DNA from: Dehalococcoidia bacterium
Lineage (GTDB): Bacteria > Chloroflexota > Dehalococcoidia > Plut-88900
NCBI GenBank assembly: GCA_965197585.1
Contig: OZ240215.1
Span: forward strand, 3,072,001 to 3,136,000
Direction: 5' to 3'
Length of the DNA stretch: 64,000 nt
A program made the position numbers and the translations under genes. Within the stretch, counting starts at the first letter, position 1; every line of letters starts with the position of its first letter. Positions 19,783-30,707 of this stretch are shown here, in pieces. The notes under the pieces are model-generated. The model had not been told where the DNA came from and did not search any database. It was given only the letters and a program-made list of their open reading frames with translations.

Positions 19783-20898
19783 ATGTCTAAGAACGGCTTC
19801 CGCATAATCGACTCCGATATGCACGTCATGGAGCCGACCGACCTTTGGGAGCGCTACATCGACCCCGCGTACTCCGACCGATCTCCCAAGTCAGTCCCTC
19901 GCCACCGCGGTGACCTCGTGATGCGGGTCGAGGGTCGAGAGATGGCCGCCGAGGCCCAGTGGGAGATAGAGTTGGCGGACGACCCAAACTGGCTCGCCAG
20001 CTACGCCGACGGTCTTGCCAATGGCTGGGACGGCCCTTCCCAGCGAAGAGCAATGGACAGCGAGGGCCTGGATTTGGCCATCCTCTATCCAAGCCGCGGG
20101 CTCTACGCCCTGGCCGTTGACGGGATGGACCCGGCGCTGGCATCGGCCATTGCCGTGGCCTACAACGATTGGCTATTCGACTTCTGCGCCGCGGACCGCG
20201 CCCGGATGCTCGGGGCGGGGATGGTCTCTCCCTTCGACGTGGGAAGTGCAGTTGAAGAAGCTCGGCGCTCGGTCATGGAGATGGGCTTCAAGGCCGTGTT
20301 CATGCGGCCGAACGTGGTCAACGGGCGCAACTGGTACGACACCTGCTACGATCCCCTTTGGGCCGAGATCGAAGACCTGAACGTCCCCTTAGGCTTCCAT
20401 GAAGGGTCGGATGCCGGTGTCCCACAGACAGGCGATCAATTCCTCGCCGATAGCTGGTTGATGCACCACACTTGCACCCACCCGATGGAGATGATGCTGG
20501 CCCTCGTGAGCATGGTGGGGGGCGGGGTTTTGGCACGGTTCCCTAAACTGCGAGTCGGGTTCCTTGAGGGCAACTGCTCGTGGACGCCCTGGATGCTGTG
20601 GCGTCTGGATGAGCACTACGAGCTTGTCGGCAGGCACGAGTCCCCGGAACTCACGCTGGAACCGACGGAGTACTTCCTGCGGCAGTGCTGGGTCTCGGTG
20701 GAGGCGGACGAAGAGCCGGCCCGCTTCATCGAAGGGTCGGGGCTGGAGGGGAACGTGGTATTCTCAACCGACTATCCACACAAGGATTCCAAGTATCCCA
20801 AGGCCGTGGAAGCGTTTCTCGGGACTGGCTTTTCTGAGGAGACCAAGTGCCGGATATTGTGGGACAATTGTGTGCGGATGTACGGGTTGGGGATCTAG
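19783..20898 (+). CDS. Amidohydrolase_2 family protein
   Basis: IIDSDMHVME, FLEGNCSW, FSTDYPH. Confidence 0.9.
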   Translation: MSKNGFRIIDSDMHVMEPTDLWERYIDPAYSDRSPKSVPRHRGDLVMRVEGREMAAEAQWEIELADDPNWLASYADGLANGWDGPSQRRAMDSEGLDLAILYPSRGLYALAVDGMDPALASAIAVAYNDWLFDFCAADRARMLGAGMVSPFDVGSAVEEARRSVMEMGFKAVFMRPNVVNGRNWYDTCYDPLWAEIEDLNVPLGFHEGSDAGVPQTGDQFLADSWLMHHTCTHPMEMMLALVSMVGGGVLARFPKLRVGFLEGNCSWTPWMLWRLDEHYELVGRHESPELTLEPTEYFLRQCWVSVEADEEPARFIEGSGLEGNVVFSTDYPHKDSKYPKAVEAFLGTGFSEETKCRILWDNCVRMYGLGI

Positions 20899-20937
20899 AC
20901 GGGGATTGGCACAGGCAGGTAACGGAAGGAGCGCACC

Positions 20938-21750
20938 GTGGGTGAGCTTGATGGCAAAGTAGCGATAGTTACCGGCGCGGGCAGGTTGCGGGGTATAGGC
21001 AGAGCGGCCGCGGTGGCCCTGGCAGAGTTGGGCGCCGACGTAGTGCCCACCGGCACGGGCCGAGACCCCTCCCGCTACCCCGAAGCCGAGAAGGCCGTGG
21101 GGTGGAAGGATATCGAGAGCACGGCGGAGCAGGTACGCGCCCTAGGGCGTCGGGCCCTCCCGCTGGTTGTGGACGTGGCCAATGCCGACGACGTGGCGGA
21201 GATGGTCGAGAAAACCGTCAAGGAGCTGGGCCGCGTCGACATCCTGATTAACAACGCTGCCTTCGCCCGCGGCCCGGACCGTGTCCCGACCATCGAACTG
21301 GACGACGATATCTTCCAGAAGGTTGTCGATATTAAGATCCGAGGCACCTATCTCTGTACCAAGGCCGTTGCCAAAGTGCTGATTGCTCAGGGACAGGGAG
21401 GTAAGGTCGTCAACGTGGCATCGGTGGCGGGGAAGTCGGGTTCGGAGGACACGCTAGCCTACTGCGCGGCCAACTTCGCCCAGGTAGGGATGACCCAGAC
21501 CCTCGCCAGGGAGCTGGGTCAATTCAATGTCAACGTCAACTGCGTCTGTCCCGGCTGGGTGGACACCTCACGGCTGGACCACCTGAAGGTCGGGGACTGG
21601 TTGGACAGGATGGCAATGGAAACCCCTATCCGCAGGAACGGCTCCGACGAAGAGGTGGGAGAGTTCGTGGCCTACCTGTGCACGAAAGCCTCCTCCTGGA
21701 TTCACGGTCAGTCCATAAACATGGACGGCGGCGGATTTATGATGCACTAG
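20938..21750 (+). CDS. SDR family oxidoreductase
   Basis: VTGAGRLRGIG, LINNAA, YCAAN (YxxxK Lys replaced by Asn). Confidence 0.9.
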   Translation: MGELDGKVAIVTGAGRLRGIGRAAAVALAELGADVVPTGTGRDPSRYPEAEKAVGWKDIESTAEQVRALGRRALPLVVDVANADDVAEMVEKTVKELGRVDILINNAAFARGPDRVPTIELDDDIFQKVVDIKIRGTYLCTKAVAKVLIAQGQGGKVVNVASVAGKSGSEDTLAYCAANFAQVGMTQTLARELGQFNVNVNCVCPGWVDTSRLDHLKVGDWLDRMAMETPIRRNGSDEEVGEFVAYLCTKASSWIHGQSINMDGGGFMMH

Positions 21751-23765
21751 GAGCCGGCAGGCTCCATCTCCAGAAGCACAGCGCCCTTAGTCACCTGCAT
21801 TCCGGCCTCGCAGGAGATTTTGGCTACGACGCCGTCGTAGGGAGCGGTGATCAGGTGCTCCATCTTCATGGCCTCAAGAACAATGAGAGTCTGGCGCGCC
21901 GTGACCTCATCACCTTCCTGCACCCGGACCTTTGCAACGACGCCGGGAAGCGGCGCTTTTATCCCGGTCTCGGATCCGGGACCCGCGGCCAGACCCCCGG
22001 CCTGTCCCGTGTAGACTTGGCCTGATCTGCTCAGCAGGTAGTCGGAGTTGGCGTAGTGGACCAGGAGGCCACCCTCAGTGGGGGCGACTTCTACGGCCCA
22101 GGTTTCGTCTTCGATATTGGCTTGCGTGCCGCCCCCGGGGGAGGGAGATAGAGCCAGTTCGAAGTCGTGGTCGGGGGTATGAACGGCCCAGGCCGTCGAG
22201 CCGGGCTTATTGGTAACCGTCGCAGAGACACCGTTTCCAGCATGGGTGAAGGTATAGGACATGTCGAGCCGCCCCATCCGCCAGGGCCCGGGCCTTCTCC
22301 AAATGTCACCGGCTTCCGGTACCTCTTCCCCCGACTCATAACCGGCCAGCCCTGAGGAGACAAGCTCGTGGGCTATGGCGGAAGCGAGGGCCTGGACGGG
22401 AAGCTCATCTGAAGGGATAAGAACGGGTTCGATCTGCCGGCCGACGTACTCAGTGTCTATGGCCCCCGCATTGAAGTCAGGGTCTCCAGCGATGACGCGA
22501 AGCATCTGCAGGTTGGTCGGGACACCGGAGACGACATAGGCGTCGAGGGTCTCGCTTAGGCGGCGTATGGCCTGGCCCCGGTCCTCTCCGTATACGGCGA
22601 TCTTGGCAAGTAGGGAGTCGTAGAAAACGGGCACCTCAAAACCCTGGTACACACCGACATCGTGGCGTACCCAGGGCAGAGATGGCGGCGAGAAGCGGAG
22701 CAAGGGGCCCGCGCCGGGCAGGTAGCCCGCTCCGGGATCTTCGGCGTAAACCCGGGCCTCGATGGCGTGTCCCCGCGAATGAACGGCGGACTTGTCGATG
22801 GGCAAGTGCTCTCCCGCGGCGGCGAGCAGCTGCAGCCGAACGAGGTCCAAGCCCGTGACCCACTCAGTAACCGGGTGCTCGACCTGGAGCCGGGGGTTTA
22901 CCTCAAGGAAGTAGAAATTGCCGTCGGCATCAAGCAGGAACTCGACGGTGCCGGCGTTGGTGTAGTTCACGGCGGAAGCCAGGGCGAGCGCGGAGCTTTC
23001 CAGACCTTCTCGGATCTCGGGGGTGACGGCAACCGAAGGAGTCTCTTCGATAACCTTCTGGAAGCGTCGCTGGACGGAGCACTCCCGCTCCCCGAGACTC
23101 AGCAGATTGCCGTGGGAATCGCCGATGATCTGCACCTCGATGTGCCGAGGCCGGACGATATGCTTTTCGAGGATTACGGTGTCGTTCCCGAAAGAGGAGA
23201 TGGCCTCCCGTCGGGCGCCCTCCATGGCCTCCGTAAGCTCGCCGGCCTCCGAGACGGTGCGCATTCCCCGCCCCCCACCCCCGAAAGCGGCCTTAATGAG
23301 GACGGGATAGCCGATCTCCCCGGCCTTTTGCTCTATGGCTTCGAGGTCGAGCCCCTCCATGTAGAAGCCGGGCACCACTGGTACACCGGCTTGCTGGGCA
23401 CGCTTCTTGGCCTCCGATTTGTCTCCCAGGAGGCGCAGGATATGTGGTGAAGGGCCGATGAACACTATACCGGCGGCGGCGCAGGCCTCGGCGAAATTGG
23501 CGTTTTCGGAGAGGAAGCCGTAGCCGGGATGAATGGCCTGCGCCCCGACGCTGAGTGCCGCGGAGACCACGGCATCGATATTCAGGTAGCTGGCGGTGGC
23601 GGGCCCGGGGCCGACGCGCACGGCCTCGTCGGCGAAGCGGACATGCAGGGCGTCCTTGTCGGCATCGGAGTAGATGGCGACTGTGGATATTCCCATGTCG
23701 CGGCAGGTGCGCATCACCCGAACGGCGATCTCGCCCCGGTTGGCTATGAGGACTTTGTCAAACAT
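21747..23765 (-). CDS. Acyl-CoA (methylcrotonyl-CoA-like) carboxylase alpha subunit: biotin carboxylase plus BCCP
   Basis: LIANRGEIA, HPGYGFLSEN, RLQVEHPVTE, EAMKME. Confidence 0.93.
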   Translation of the reverse strand: MFDKVLIANRGEIAVRVMRTCRDMGISTVAIYSDADKDALHVRFADEAVRVGPGPATASYLNIDAVVSAALSVGAQAIHPGYGFLSENANFAEACAAAGIVFIGPSPHILRLLGDKSEAKKRAQQAGVPVVPGFYMEGLDLEAIEQKAGEIGYPVLIKAAFGGGGRGMRTVSEAGELTEAMEGARREAISSFGNDTVILEKHIVRPRHIEVQIIGDSHGNLLSLGERECSVQRRFQKVIEETPSVAVTPEIREGLESSALALASAVNYTNAGTVEFLLDADGNFYFLEVNPRLQVEHPVTEWVTGLDLVRLQLLAAAGEHLPIDKSAVHSRGHAIEARVYAEDPGAGYLPGAGPLLRFSPPSLPWVRHDVGVYQGFEVPVFYDSLLAKIAVYGEDRGQAIRRLSETLDAYVVSGVPTNLQMLRVIAGDPDFNAGAIDTEYVGRQIEPVLIPSDELPVQALASAIAHELVSSGLAGYESGEEVPEAGDIWRRPGPWRMGRLDMSYTFTHAGNGVSATVTNKPGSTAWAVHTPDHDFELALSPSPGGGTQANIEDETWAVEVAPTEGGLLVHYANSDYLLSRSGQVYTGQAGGLAAGPGSETGIKAPLPGVVAKVRVQEGDEVTARQTLIVLEAMKMEHLITAPYDGVVAKISCEAGMQVTKGAVLLEMEPAGS

Positions 23766-23787
23766 GAGAGTTACTTTCGGGTTGGGG

Positions 23788-25422
23788 TCACATTCTGAAG
23801 ACGCCGAAGCGCGTTTCGGGAACGGGAGCGTTGAGAGCGGCTGAGATGCCGAGGGCCAGGACCATGCGGGTGTCGACGGGGTCTATGATGCCGTCGTCCC
23901 AGAGGCGGGCGGTGGAGTAGTAGGGGCTGCCCTCAGCCTCGTAGCGTTCCAGGATGGGAGCCTTGAACTCGTCCTGCGCCTGCTGGGTCATGGACTCGCC
24001 CTTGACCTTCAGGTTGTCGACGCGAAGGGTAAGAAGGACGTTGGCCGCCTCCCGACCCCCCATCACGGAGATGCGGGCGTTGGGCCACATCCATAGCTGC
24101 CGGGAGTTGTAGGCCCGGCCGCACATGCCGAAGTTTCCCGCCCCAAAGGACCCCCCGAATATCAGGGTGAACTTGGGGACCTGGGCATTGGATACGGCCA
24201 TGACCAGCTTCGCCCCGTCTTTTGCCAGGCCCCGGTTTTCGTACTCCTTGCCTACCATGAAACCAGTGATGTTTTGCATGAACAGCAGAGGCACCTTGCG
24301 CTGGCAGCAGAGCTCCACGAAGTGAGCGCCCTTCAGAGATGACTCGGAGAAGAGGATGCCGTTGTTGGCGACTATGCCTATGGGGTAGCCCATGACTCGC
24401 CCAAAGCCGCAGACAAGGGATTCGCCGTAGAGAGCCTTGAACTCCTGGAACTCGGAGCCATCGACCAGGCGGGCGATGATCTCACGGGTGTCGATGAAGG
24501 TCCGGAGGTCCTTGGGGAGAAGGCCGTAAAGCTCCTGGGGATCGTAGGCGGGTGGGCGGGGTGGGGTGAGCTCCCAGGGAAGCTCCTTCTTAACGGGGAT
24601 GCCGGATACGATTTCCCGGGTGATGGCGATGGCCTCTTCGTCGTTGGCGGCGTAGTGGTCGGAGACGCCCGAGATCCGGGTGTGGACGTCGGCCCCGCCA
24701 AGTTCCTCGACGGTGACTTCTTCGCCCGTGGCAGCCTTCACGAGGGCCGGCCCGCCGATAAATATGGATCCCGTGCCCTTCACGATAATCGACTCGTCGG
24801 CGATTGCGGGAACGTAGGCGCCGCCGGCTGTGCAGAAGCCCATAACCACGGCAATCTGCGCGATGCCCTGGGAGGACATTACCGATTCGTTGTAGAAGAC
24901 ACGGCCAAAGTGTTCCTTGTCGGGGAACACATCGGCCTGCAGGGGAAGAAATGCGCCTGCGGAATCGACCATGTAGATACAGGGGAGCCGGTTTTGCTGG
25001 GCTATCTCCTGGGCCCTAAGGTGCTTTTTGACGGTGAGGGGATAGTAGGCGCCGGCCTTAACGGTGGCGTCGTTGGCCATGATCATGCACTCGCGGCCAC
25101 TGACCATGCCGATGCCCGTGACTATGCCCGCGGAATGGGCCTGTCCGTCGTACATCTCCCAGGCGGCCAGGGGGCTGAACTCGAGGAAGGGACTGTCGTG
25201 ATCGACAAGCTTTTCGATGCGCTCGCGGGCGGTCATCTTGCCTCGGGCCCTATGGCGGGCGACGGAGGCCGCGGGACCGCCCTTCTTTACGACCTCCAGC
25301 CGTTCCCTCAGCTGCTCCAGCAGGCCGATCTGGTGGGCCCGGTTCTCCTGGAATGCCGGATCCTTGGTGTCGACGTAGCTGCGGATGACGTTGAATTTTC
25401 TTTCGCCTGCTGCAATAACCAA
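23788..25422 (-). CDS. Methylcrotonyl-CoA carboxylase beta (carboxyltransferase) subunit
   Basis: [42 protein letters not shown]-terminus. Confidence 0.93.
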   Translation of the reverse strand: MVIAAGERKFNVIRSYVDTKDPAFQENRAHQIGLLEQLRERLEVVKKGGPAASVARHRARGKMTARERIEKLVDHDSPFLEFSPLAAWEMYDGQAHSAGIVTGIGMVSGRECMIMANDATVKAGAYYPLTVKKHLRAQEIAQQNRLPCIYMVDSAGAFLPLQADVFPDKEHFGRVFYNESVMSSQGIAQIAVVMGFCTAGGAYVPAIADESIIVKGTGSIFIGGPALVKAATGEEVTVEELGGADVHTRISGVSDHYAANDEEAIAITREIVSGIPVKKELPWELTPPRPPAYDPQELYGLLPKDLRTFIDTREIIARLVDGSEFQEFKALYGESLVCGFGRVMGYPIGIVANNGILFSESSLKGAHFVELCCQRKVPLLFMQNITGFMVGKEYENRGLAKDGAKLVMAVSNAQVPKFTLIFGGSFGAGNFGMCGRAYNSRQLWMWPNARISVMGGREAANVLLTLRVDNLKVKGESMTQQAQDEFKAPILERYEAEGSPYYSTARLWDDGIIDPVDTRMVLALGISAALNAPVPETRFGVFRM

Positions 25423-25580
25423 GATATTTCTCCTTTTACAAAGCAGACCCTCGGAGCGTTAAACCCAAGGCCTGCCGGGGAAATGTTAAGGATGTGCCGG
25501 ATGAAGTGTCAAGCCGGGGGTAGGCAGTGGAGCATGTGCTATCCTGTTTTCAGCTTGTCAGTGCGGTGAGGAGGCAGCCC

Positions 25581-27107
25581 ATGACTTCATCCTTAGTCCA
25601 CGGAAGATATCTCATTACCCGTGCCTCGGGGCACGAGACCGGGGTGTTGCAAGGCGGTGCGATATATCAACGGGATGGAGTGATTGAGGAGGTCGGGGCC
25701 TTTCAGGAACTTAGCCAAACGCACCCGGACGCCCAGGTCTTGGGCGGGGATGATTTCCTGGTGATGCCCGGCCTGATCAATGCGCACCATCACGGCAAGG
25801 GGGTCAGCCCCCTGATGAAGGGCAGCCTGGACGACCATCTGGAATACTGGATGGCCGACTCCTGGGGCCGCAAGTCTGTCGACATGTACCTGGACACGCT
25901 GTACGCATGTATGAAGATGCTGCGGTCCGGCGTGACGACGGTTATGTTCAACCTGAGCCCTGGGGCTGTGGCGGAGACACCGGAGGACTGCGAAAAGGCT
26001 CTCACCGCCTTCGCCGACGCTGGGATGAGGGTCAACTTCTCGGTGTACGTGGAGAGCCAATACCGCATCATCGCCGAGGACGAGTCGGTGTTTCTGAGCC
26101 GTTTGCCAGCCGACCTCGCTGCTCGGGCCAAGGAGGTCCTGGACGACGAGCACATCAGTGACGACGACTACATAGCCCTCTCCGAGTCCCTCCACGCCAG
26201 ACACCACGACGGGGAGTTCGTGCGGGTCATGCTCTCGCCGGCGAACGCTCATTGGTGCTCGGATGCGCTTCTGGAGAGGATGAGAGCGACGGCCACGGGA
26301 CTGGGCACGGGGCTGCACATTCACCTGGTTGAAAGCGTCTACGAGAAGCTCATCGGGCTGAAGTTATATGGAAAGACGGCACTGGCGCACCTGGACGACC
26401 TGGGATTCCTCGGGCCCGACGTGTCGTTGGCCCACGCAGTCTGGTTGACCGGGGAGGATTTGGACCTCGTCAAGGAGCGGGGCGTGCACGTCTGCACAAA
26501 CCCGAGCTCCAACCTGAGATTAAGGACGGGCATCGCGCCGGTGGCGGAGATGGCGGCCCGTGGCCTTAACCTGGCACTCGGCACGGACAGCACATCTATA
26601 AACGAGGATGAGGACTTCATCCAGGAGATGCGTCTGGCTCACCGTTTGCACCGGAACCCCGGAGTTAACTCCCCAACCCTAACCGCCGAGAAGATCGTCA
26701 GTATGGCCACGGTTGGCGGGGCCCGGGCCACAATGTTCGATGATATCGGCGCCTTGGAGCCTGGCAAGAAGGCCGACTTGATAACGATAAACCTGAACAA
26801 TGTCACCGAGCCCTACCTTGACCCGGAGGCCCCGATAGTCGACGCCCTGATCTACAGAGCGAAGGGGTCGGACGTGGACACGGTGATGATCGACGGCCGG
26901 GTGATGGTGGAGGGGGCCCGGATCATCAGCGTCGACGAGCAGCGCATGATGCAGAGCCTGAAGGGTGAACTGGCCAGGCCCTTATCGGAAGAGGCCCGTT
27001 CTCGGCGCCGCACCGCCGAGGAGCTGAAGCCCTATATCAAACACTTCTACGAGGCTTGGGAACCGGGGCAGGACAAACCGTTCTATGTTTATAACAATGC
27101 GGAATAG
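25581..27107 (+). CDS. Amidohydrolase (deaminase-like)
   Basis: PGLINAHHH, HIHLVE, NPSSNLRL, LGTD; GAGGAGG RBS before ATG 25581. Confidence 0.88.
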   Translation: MTSSLVHGRYLITRASGHETGVLQGGAIYQRDGVIEEVGAFQELSQTHPDAQVLGGDDFLVMPGLINAHHHGKGVSPLMKGSLDDHLEYWMADSWGRKSVDMYLDTLYACMKMLRSGVTTVMFNLSPGAVAETPEDCEKALTAFADAGMRVNFSVYVESQYRIIAEDESVFLSRLPADLAARAKEVLDDEHISDDDYIALSESLHARHHDGEFVRVMLSPANAHWCSDALLERMRATATGLGTGLHIHLVESVYEKLIGLKLYGKTALAHLDDLGFLGPDVSLAHAVWLTGEDLDLVKERGVHVCTNPSSNLRLRTGIAPVAEMAARGLNLALGTDSTSINEDEDFIQEMRLAHRLHRNPGVNSPTLTAEKIVSMATVGGARATMFDDIGALEPGKKADLITINLNNVTEPYLDPEAPIVDALIYRAKGSDVDTVMIDGRVMVEGARIISVDEQRMMQSLKGELARPLSEEARSRRRTAEELKPYIKHFYEAWEPGQDKPFYVYNNAE

Positions 27108-27130
27108 GAGCTCGGCTTAGGGAAAACACC

Positions 27131-28345
27131 ATGCCAGGCGTCCTTGAAGGAATAAAAGTACTGGACATTGCGTCCATGTGGGCGGTGCCGCTCATCGGGG
27201 CGTACCTGGCCGACCAGGGCGCGTATGTCATCAAGGTCGAGCCCCCGTGGGGCGACCAGGCCCGATTCACCTTCAGCAGTCCTCCCCTCCCCAATGGCGA
27301 GAGCCGGTCATGGCCGGTGGTGGGCCGCGGGAAGAAGGGCATAGCCGTCGACATCTCCAAGCCGGAGGGTAAAGAGATTGTATATGCTCTCGTCGAACGG
27401 TCGGATGTCCTTATAACGAACTTCCGCCCTCCCGTGGCCCGACGCCTGGGCTACGACTACGAGAACCTGCGGGCGGTTAACAAGAGGCTGGTGTACGCGA
27501 GGGTCGGAGCATACGGCGAACGTGGCCCCTATGCTGAGAAACGGGGCTATGACCGGATTTTCCAGGCGCTTTCGGGGATGATGCGGCGGTCGGGGCCGGA
27601 GGGAATACCGAGGAATGCGGGCATTTGGGCGGCGGACATGTCGGCGCCCTGGGCGATGTGCTACGGCATAGCGTTGGCGCTGATGCACCGGGAGAAGACG
27701 GGGGAAGGACAGGAAGTCAGCACGTCGTTACTCCACATGTCGATGGCGATGCAGGCAATGGATTTAATGAGAGCCGACTCGGAGGTGGAGTTGGGTGGCG
27801 AGTCGGGGGAGGACTACGCCAACCAGCCCCTCTATCTACCATACGAGTGCTCCGACGGGGAATGGGTGAACATAGTGGTCATCAGCGACAAGGAGTTCCG
27901 CGGCCTCTGCAAAGCATTGGAGATAACGCACGTTCTGGATGACTCCCGGTTCTCGACACCCCTTGGCCGGATAAAGAACGGCGGCGTACTGTTCCAAGTG
28001 CTGGCCGGTGTGTTCTCGACACGCCCGATGAAGGAGTGGCTACAAGTGCTAGAGGCGCACGATGTTCCGTGCGCCCCGGTTCTCGGCGCGAGTGATGTCT
28101 TCGACAGCCCGCAGGTCGAGGCCAACGGGTTTATGGCGGAAGTGGAGTATCCGGGAGTAGGTGGGACGCAGATGATCGACACCCCCGTCCGACTGAGTGG
28201 GAAGCCGGGCAGTGTGGGGGACAGAGCCCCGATGCTGGGAGAGCATACAGAGCAGGTGCTAAGAAGCCTGGGCTATTCGGAGGAGAGGATTGGGGAGCTG
28301 AAGGGGGGTGGTGTGGTGTCTCGAGGGAAGAGTCCGAATGTGTAG
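27131..28345 (+). CDS. CaiB/BaiF family III CoA-transferase
   Basis: LEGIKVLD, VIKVEPP, NFRP, GYD..QALSG, APMLGEHT. Confidence 0.93.
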   Translation: MPGVLEGIKVLDIASMWAVPLIGAYLADQGAYVIKVEPPWGDQARFTFSSPPLPNGESRSWPVVGRGKKGIAVDISKPEGKEIVYALVERSDVLITNFRPPVARRLGYDYENLRAVNKRLVYARVGAYGERGPYAEKRGYDRIFQALSGMMRRSGPEGIPRNAGIWAADMSAPWAMCYGIALALMHREKTGEGQEVSTSLLHMSMAMQAMDLMRADSEVELGGESGEDYANQPLYLPYECSDGEWVNIVVISDKEFRGLCKALEITHVLDDSRFSTPLGRIKNGGVLFQVLAGVFSTRPMKEWLQVLEAHDVPCAPVLGASDVFDSPQVEANGFMAEVEYPGVGGTQMIDTPVRLSGKPGSVGDRAPMLGEHTEQVLRSLGYSEERIGELKGGGVVSRGKSPNV

Positions 28346-28374
28346 TTGAATAGACTAGTCTGACCAGTTATAAT
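28346..28374 (+). promoter_or_regulatory. Sigma70 promoter TTGAAT-N17-TATAAT with palindrome AGACTAGTCT; leaderless start
   Basis: Motifs read directly; ATG 7 nt after the -10 box. Confidence 0.7.
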
Positions 28375-28381
28375 TACAACT

Positions 28382-28654
28382 ATGGGTATCATATACACAA
28401 CTTACGAAGCCAAGGCCCGGTTTTCTGAAGTAATGCGCCAGGTGCGGGAAGGAAAGACGGTAACAGTGTCGTACCGCGGTGAGCCGGTGGCCGAAATCCG
28501 GCCTCTAGAGACGCGTAAACAAACCCAAGAGGAGAGAGACCGGGAGCTGGAGCGTCGCGGAGTACTGGTGGGCCCACGCCAGAAAAGGGTTCCGTTCAAG
28601 GGCGGAGAATACATCCCGGGGGCATTGGAGCGGTTCCTAGCTGAAAGGGACTGA
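28382..28654 (+). CDS. Phd/YefM family antitoxin
   Basis: YEAKARFSEVMRQV..GEPVAEIRP. Confidence 0.9.
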   Translation: MGIIYTTYEAKARFSEVMRQVREGKTVTVSYRGEPVAEIRPLETRKQTQEERDRELERRGVLVGPRQKRVPFKGGEYIPGALERFLAERD

Positions 28655-29034
28655 TGACTACTGCCTATGTAGACTCTTCGGTTATTGTTGCGGTCGCATT
28701 TGGGGAAGCTGGTCAGGCTGACTCTGAGCGACACATGGAGCAGTTCTCCGATCTTCGGTCATCTAATCTACTCGAGGCCGAGGTCCGCGCGGCGTATCTT
28801 AGAACGGGAAGAAGATATGATGCCCAGATCCTGTCAGGCATCAGATGGGTTATACCTGACCGTCCTCTAACCCTCGAAATTTCAAAGGTATTGGAAGCGG
28901 GTTACGTTCGGGGTGCAGACTTGTGGCATCTGGCCACAGCGCTTCACATAGCGGCGGACCCCCAAGTAGTGACGTTCATCACGTTGGACGCGCAACAGAG
29001 ACGGGTAGCTAGGGCTCTCAGGTTCCGTGCGTAG
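28654..29034 (+). CDS. PIN domain (VapC) toxin
   Basis: AYVDSS, RGADLWHLATAL, FITLD; TGATG coupling to the antitoxin. Confidence 0.88.
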   Translation: MTTAYVDSSVIVAVAFGEAGQADSERHMEQFSDLRSSNLLEAEVRAAYLRTGRRYDAQILSGIRWVIPDRPLTLEISKVLEAGYVRGADLWHLATALHIAADPQVVTFITLDAQQRRVARALRFRA

Positions 29035-29037
29035 GGG

Positions 29038-29697
29038 TCAGCAAGTCTGGCCCTTCACCGTCCGCGCAATATACGCACACCCGAGCATGTAGTCCTGACG
29101 CTCCAGCCGAGGCACGACCTTTTCCATCTCGTCATAGGGTTGGCCCTTAGCGAAGACCCTTTTCATCGATCCCCTCACCCCGACCCATCGCCACGTCCTG
29201 AACCGCACCTGGAAATAGAGGTTGAATAGTGGGCCCAAGAGCCCCTTGGCGTGCTTCACTCCACCGTTGACAAGCCGACCTCCGGGCGCCAATGCGTCGA
29301 TAACACGGGTGATGGCGGGTGGGGAGATGAGGATCTCCGGGACGAAGAAAGCGAGTACAGCGTCCAAAGAACCAGGTACTTTGACTGTCTGTGCGTCGCC
29401 CTGGATGAGGGTCACGTTCTCCCAGCCATTCCGCTCGACCTTCTCCTGTGCTATCTCAAGCATTTCAGGGCTGAGCTCCACCCCGATAATCCTTCCCTGG
29501 GGCCCGACACCCTGCTGAAGCATATCGAAGCTGAGGCCTGTGCCGCAGCCGAGATCGAGAACGGACTCGCCGGGCTTGAGGTCCAGGCGTCGGATGGCGT
29601 GGTGGCGGATGCGATCCGAAAAACGCTTCCCCTTGTCGTATTCGGCGGCGTGGCGTCTGTAGCGGTCTTTCTGGGCTTGGGCGTCGTAGGTGTGCAT
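29038..29697 (-). CDS. Class I SAM-dependent methyltransferase
   Basis: VLDLGCGTG; leaderless-type start TATAAT-N7-ATG. Confidence 0.88.
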   Translation of the reverse strand: MHTYDAQAQKDRYRRHAAEYDKGKRFSDRIRHHAIRRLDLKPGESVLDLGCGTGLSFDMLQQGVGPQGRIIGVELSPEMLEIAQEKVERNGWENVTLIQGDAQTVKVPGSLDAVLAFFVPEILISPPAITRVIDALAPGGRLVNGGVKHAKGLLGPLFNLYFQVRFRTWRWVGVRGSMKRVFAKGQPYDEMEKVVPRLERQDYMLGCAYIARTVKGQTC

Positions 29698-29745
29698 ATG
29701 GGAGATTATACGTTGCCCCAAAGGCGGGACGCTGGGGGGGTCCGG

Positions 29746-30435
29746 CTATGCGCTCGACTGGGGCGGTGCGTGGTGAGGAGGTTGGTTCTCCCTAGTTGCC
29801 CGTGCCACGTAGGCGCAGCCAAACATATAGTCCCAGCGCTCAAGGTTGGGGGCGGCGGCTTCCAGGACGGCATACGGCTGGCCTCTGCCGAGCATCCTGT
29901 GGATGACGCGCCTTACGCCCACCCAGCGCCAAGTCCTGAACCTCGCCTGGAAATAGAAATTGAACAGCGGACCCAGGGGGCCGCGGGCGTGCCTCACGCC
30001 GGATGCTATGAGTCTGCCGCCGGGAGAAAGCGAGCCCAGGGCTCGGCGAACGGCGGCGGGCGAATTGAGGATCTCGGGAACGAAGAAGGCCAGTGCCGCA
30101 TCGAGGGGGCCGGGGATGTCAACGGCGTTGGCATCGCCCTCGATGAGGGTCACGTTGCTCCAGCCGTTGAGCTCGACCCTCCGGCGGGCCATCTCGAGCA
30201 TCTCGGGGCTGAATTCCACGCCGATGATGCGTCCCTGCGGGCCCACGTCCCGATGAAGCCGTTCAAAGCTGATGCCGGTGCCGCAGCCGAGATCGAGCAC
30301 TGATTCGCCGGGCTTCAGATCCAGGTGTTCGAAGGAGGCGGCGCGGACCCGGTCGAGGAAACTCATGGCGTTATCGTAGTCGGCGGCGAGGCGTCGGTAG
30401 CGGTCCTTGACCGTCTCGGTGTCTCGGGTGTTCAT
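29746..30435 (-). CDS. Class I SAM-dependent methyltransferase (tandem paralog)
   Basis: VLDLGCGTG; similar to neighbour throughout; TATAAT-N7-ATG. Confidence 0.88.
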   Translation of the reverse strand: MNTRDTETVKDRYRRLAADYDNAMSFLDRVRAASFEHLDLKPGESVLDLGCGTGISFERLHRDVGPQGRIIGVEFSPEMLEMARRRVELNGWSNVTLIEGDANAVDIPGPLDAALAFFVPEILNSPAAVRRALGSLSPGGRLIASGVRHARGPLGPLFNFYFQARFRTWRWVGVRRVIHRMLGRGQPYAVLEAAAPNLERWDYMFGCAYVARATRENQPPHHAPPQSSA

Positions 30436-30707
30436 GGGGGGGATTATACGCTGATAGGCTATACCGATATCGACATACAAAAGGGTTTGTGCTAGAGTCC
30501 GCCTTGCGACAGACACCGAGCGCTGCCAGTGCTTAGGTGCATGCATGGGCTTCTCCCATGCCCCCTTGTGACCCTAGTGTTGGCAACGGTGTCTGTCGCA
30601 GGAGCCCTGCCCGTTGCAAGGGGGCACCTTGTTGGAATTCTGCGTTTCTGACAGGCCACTCCCTTTAGCGGGCCAGACAATAATCTGTCGTGTAAAGGCG
30701 GCCTGCC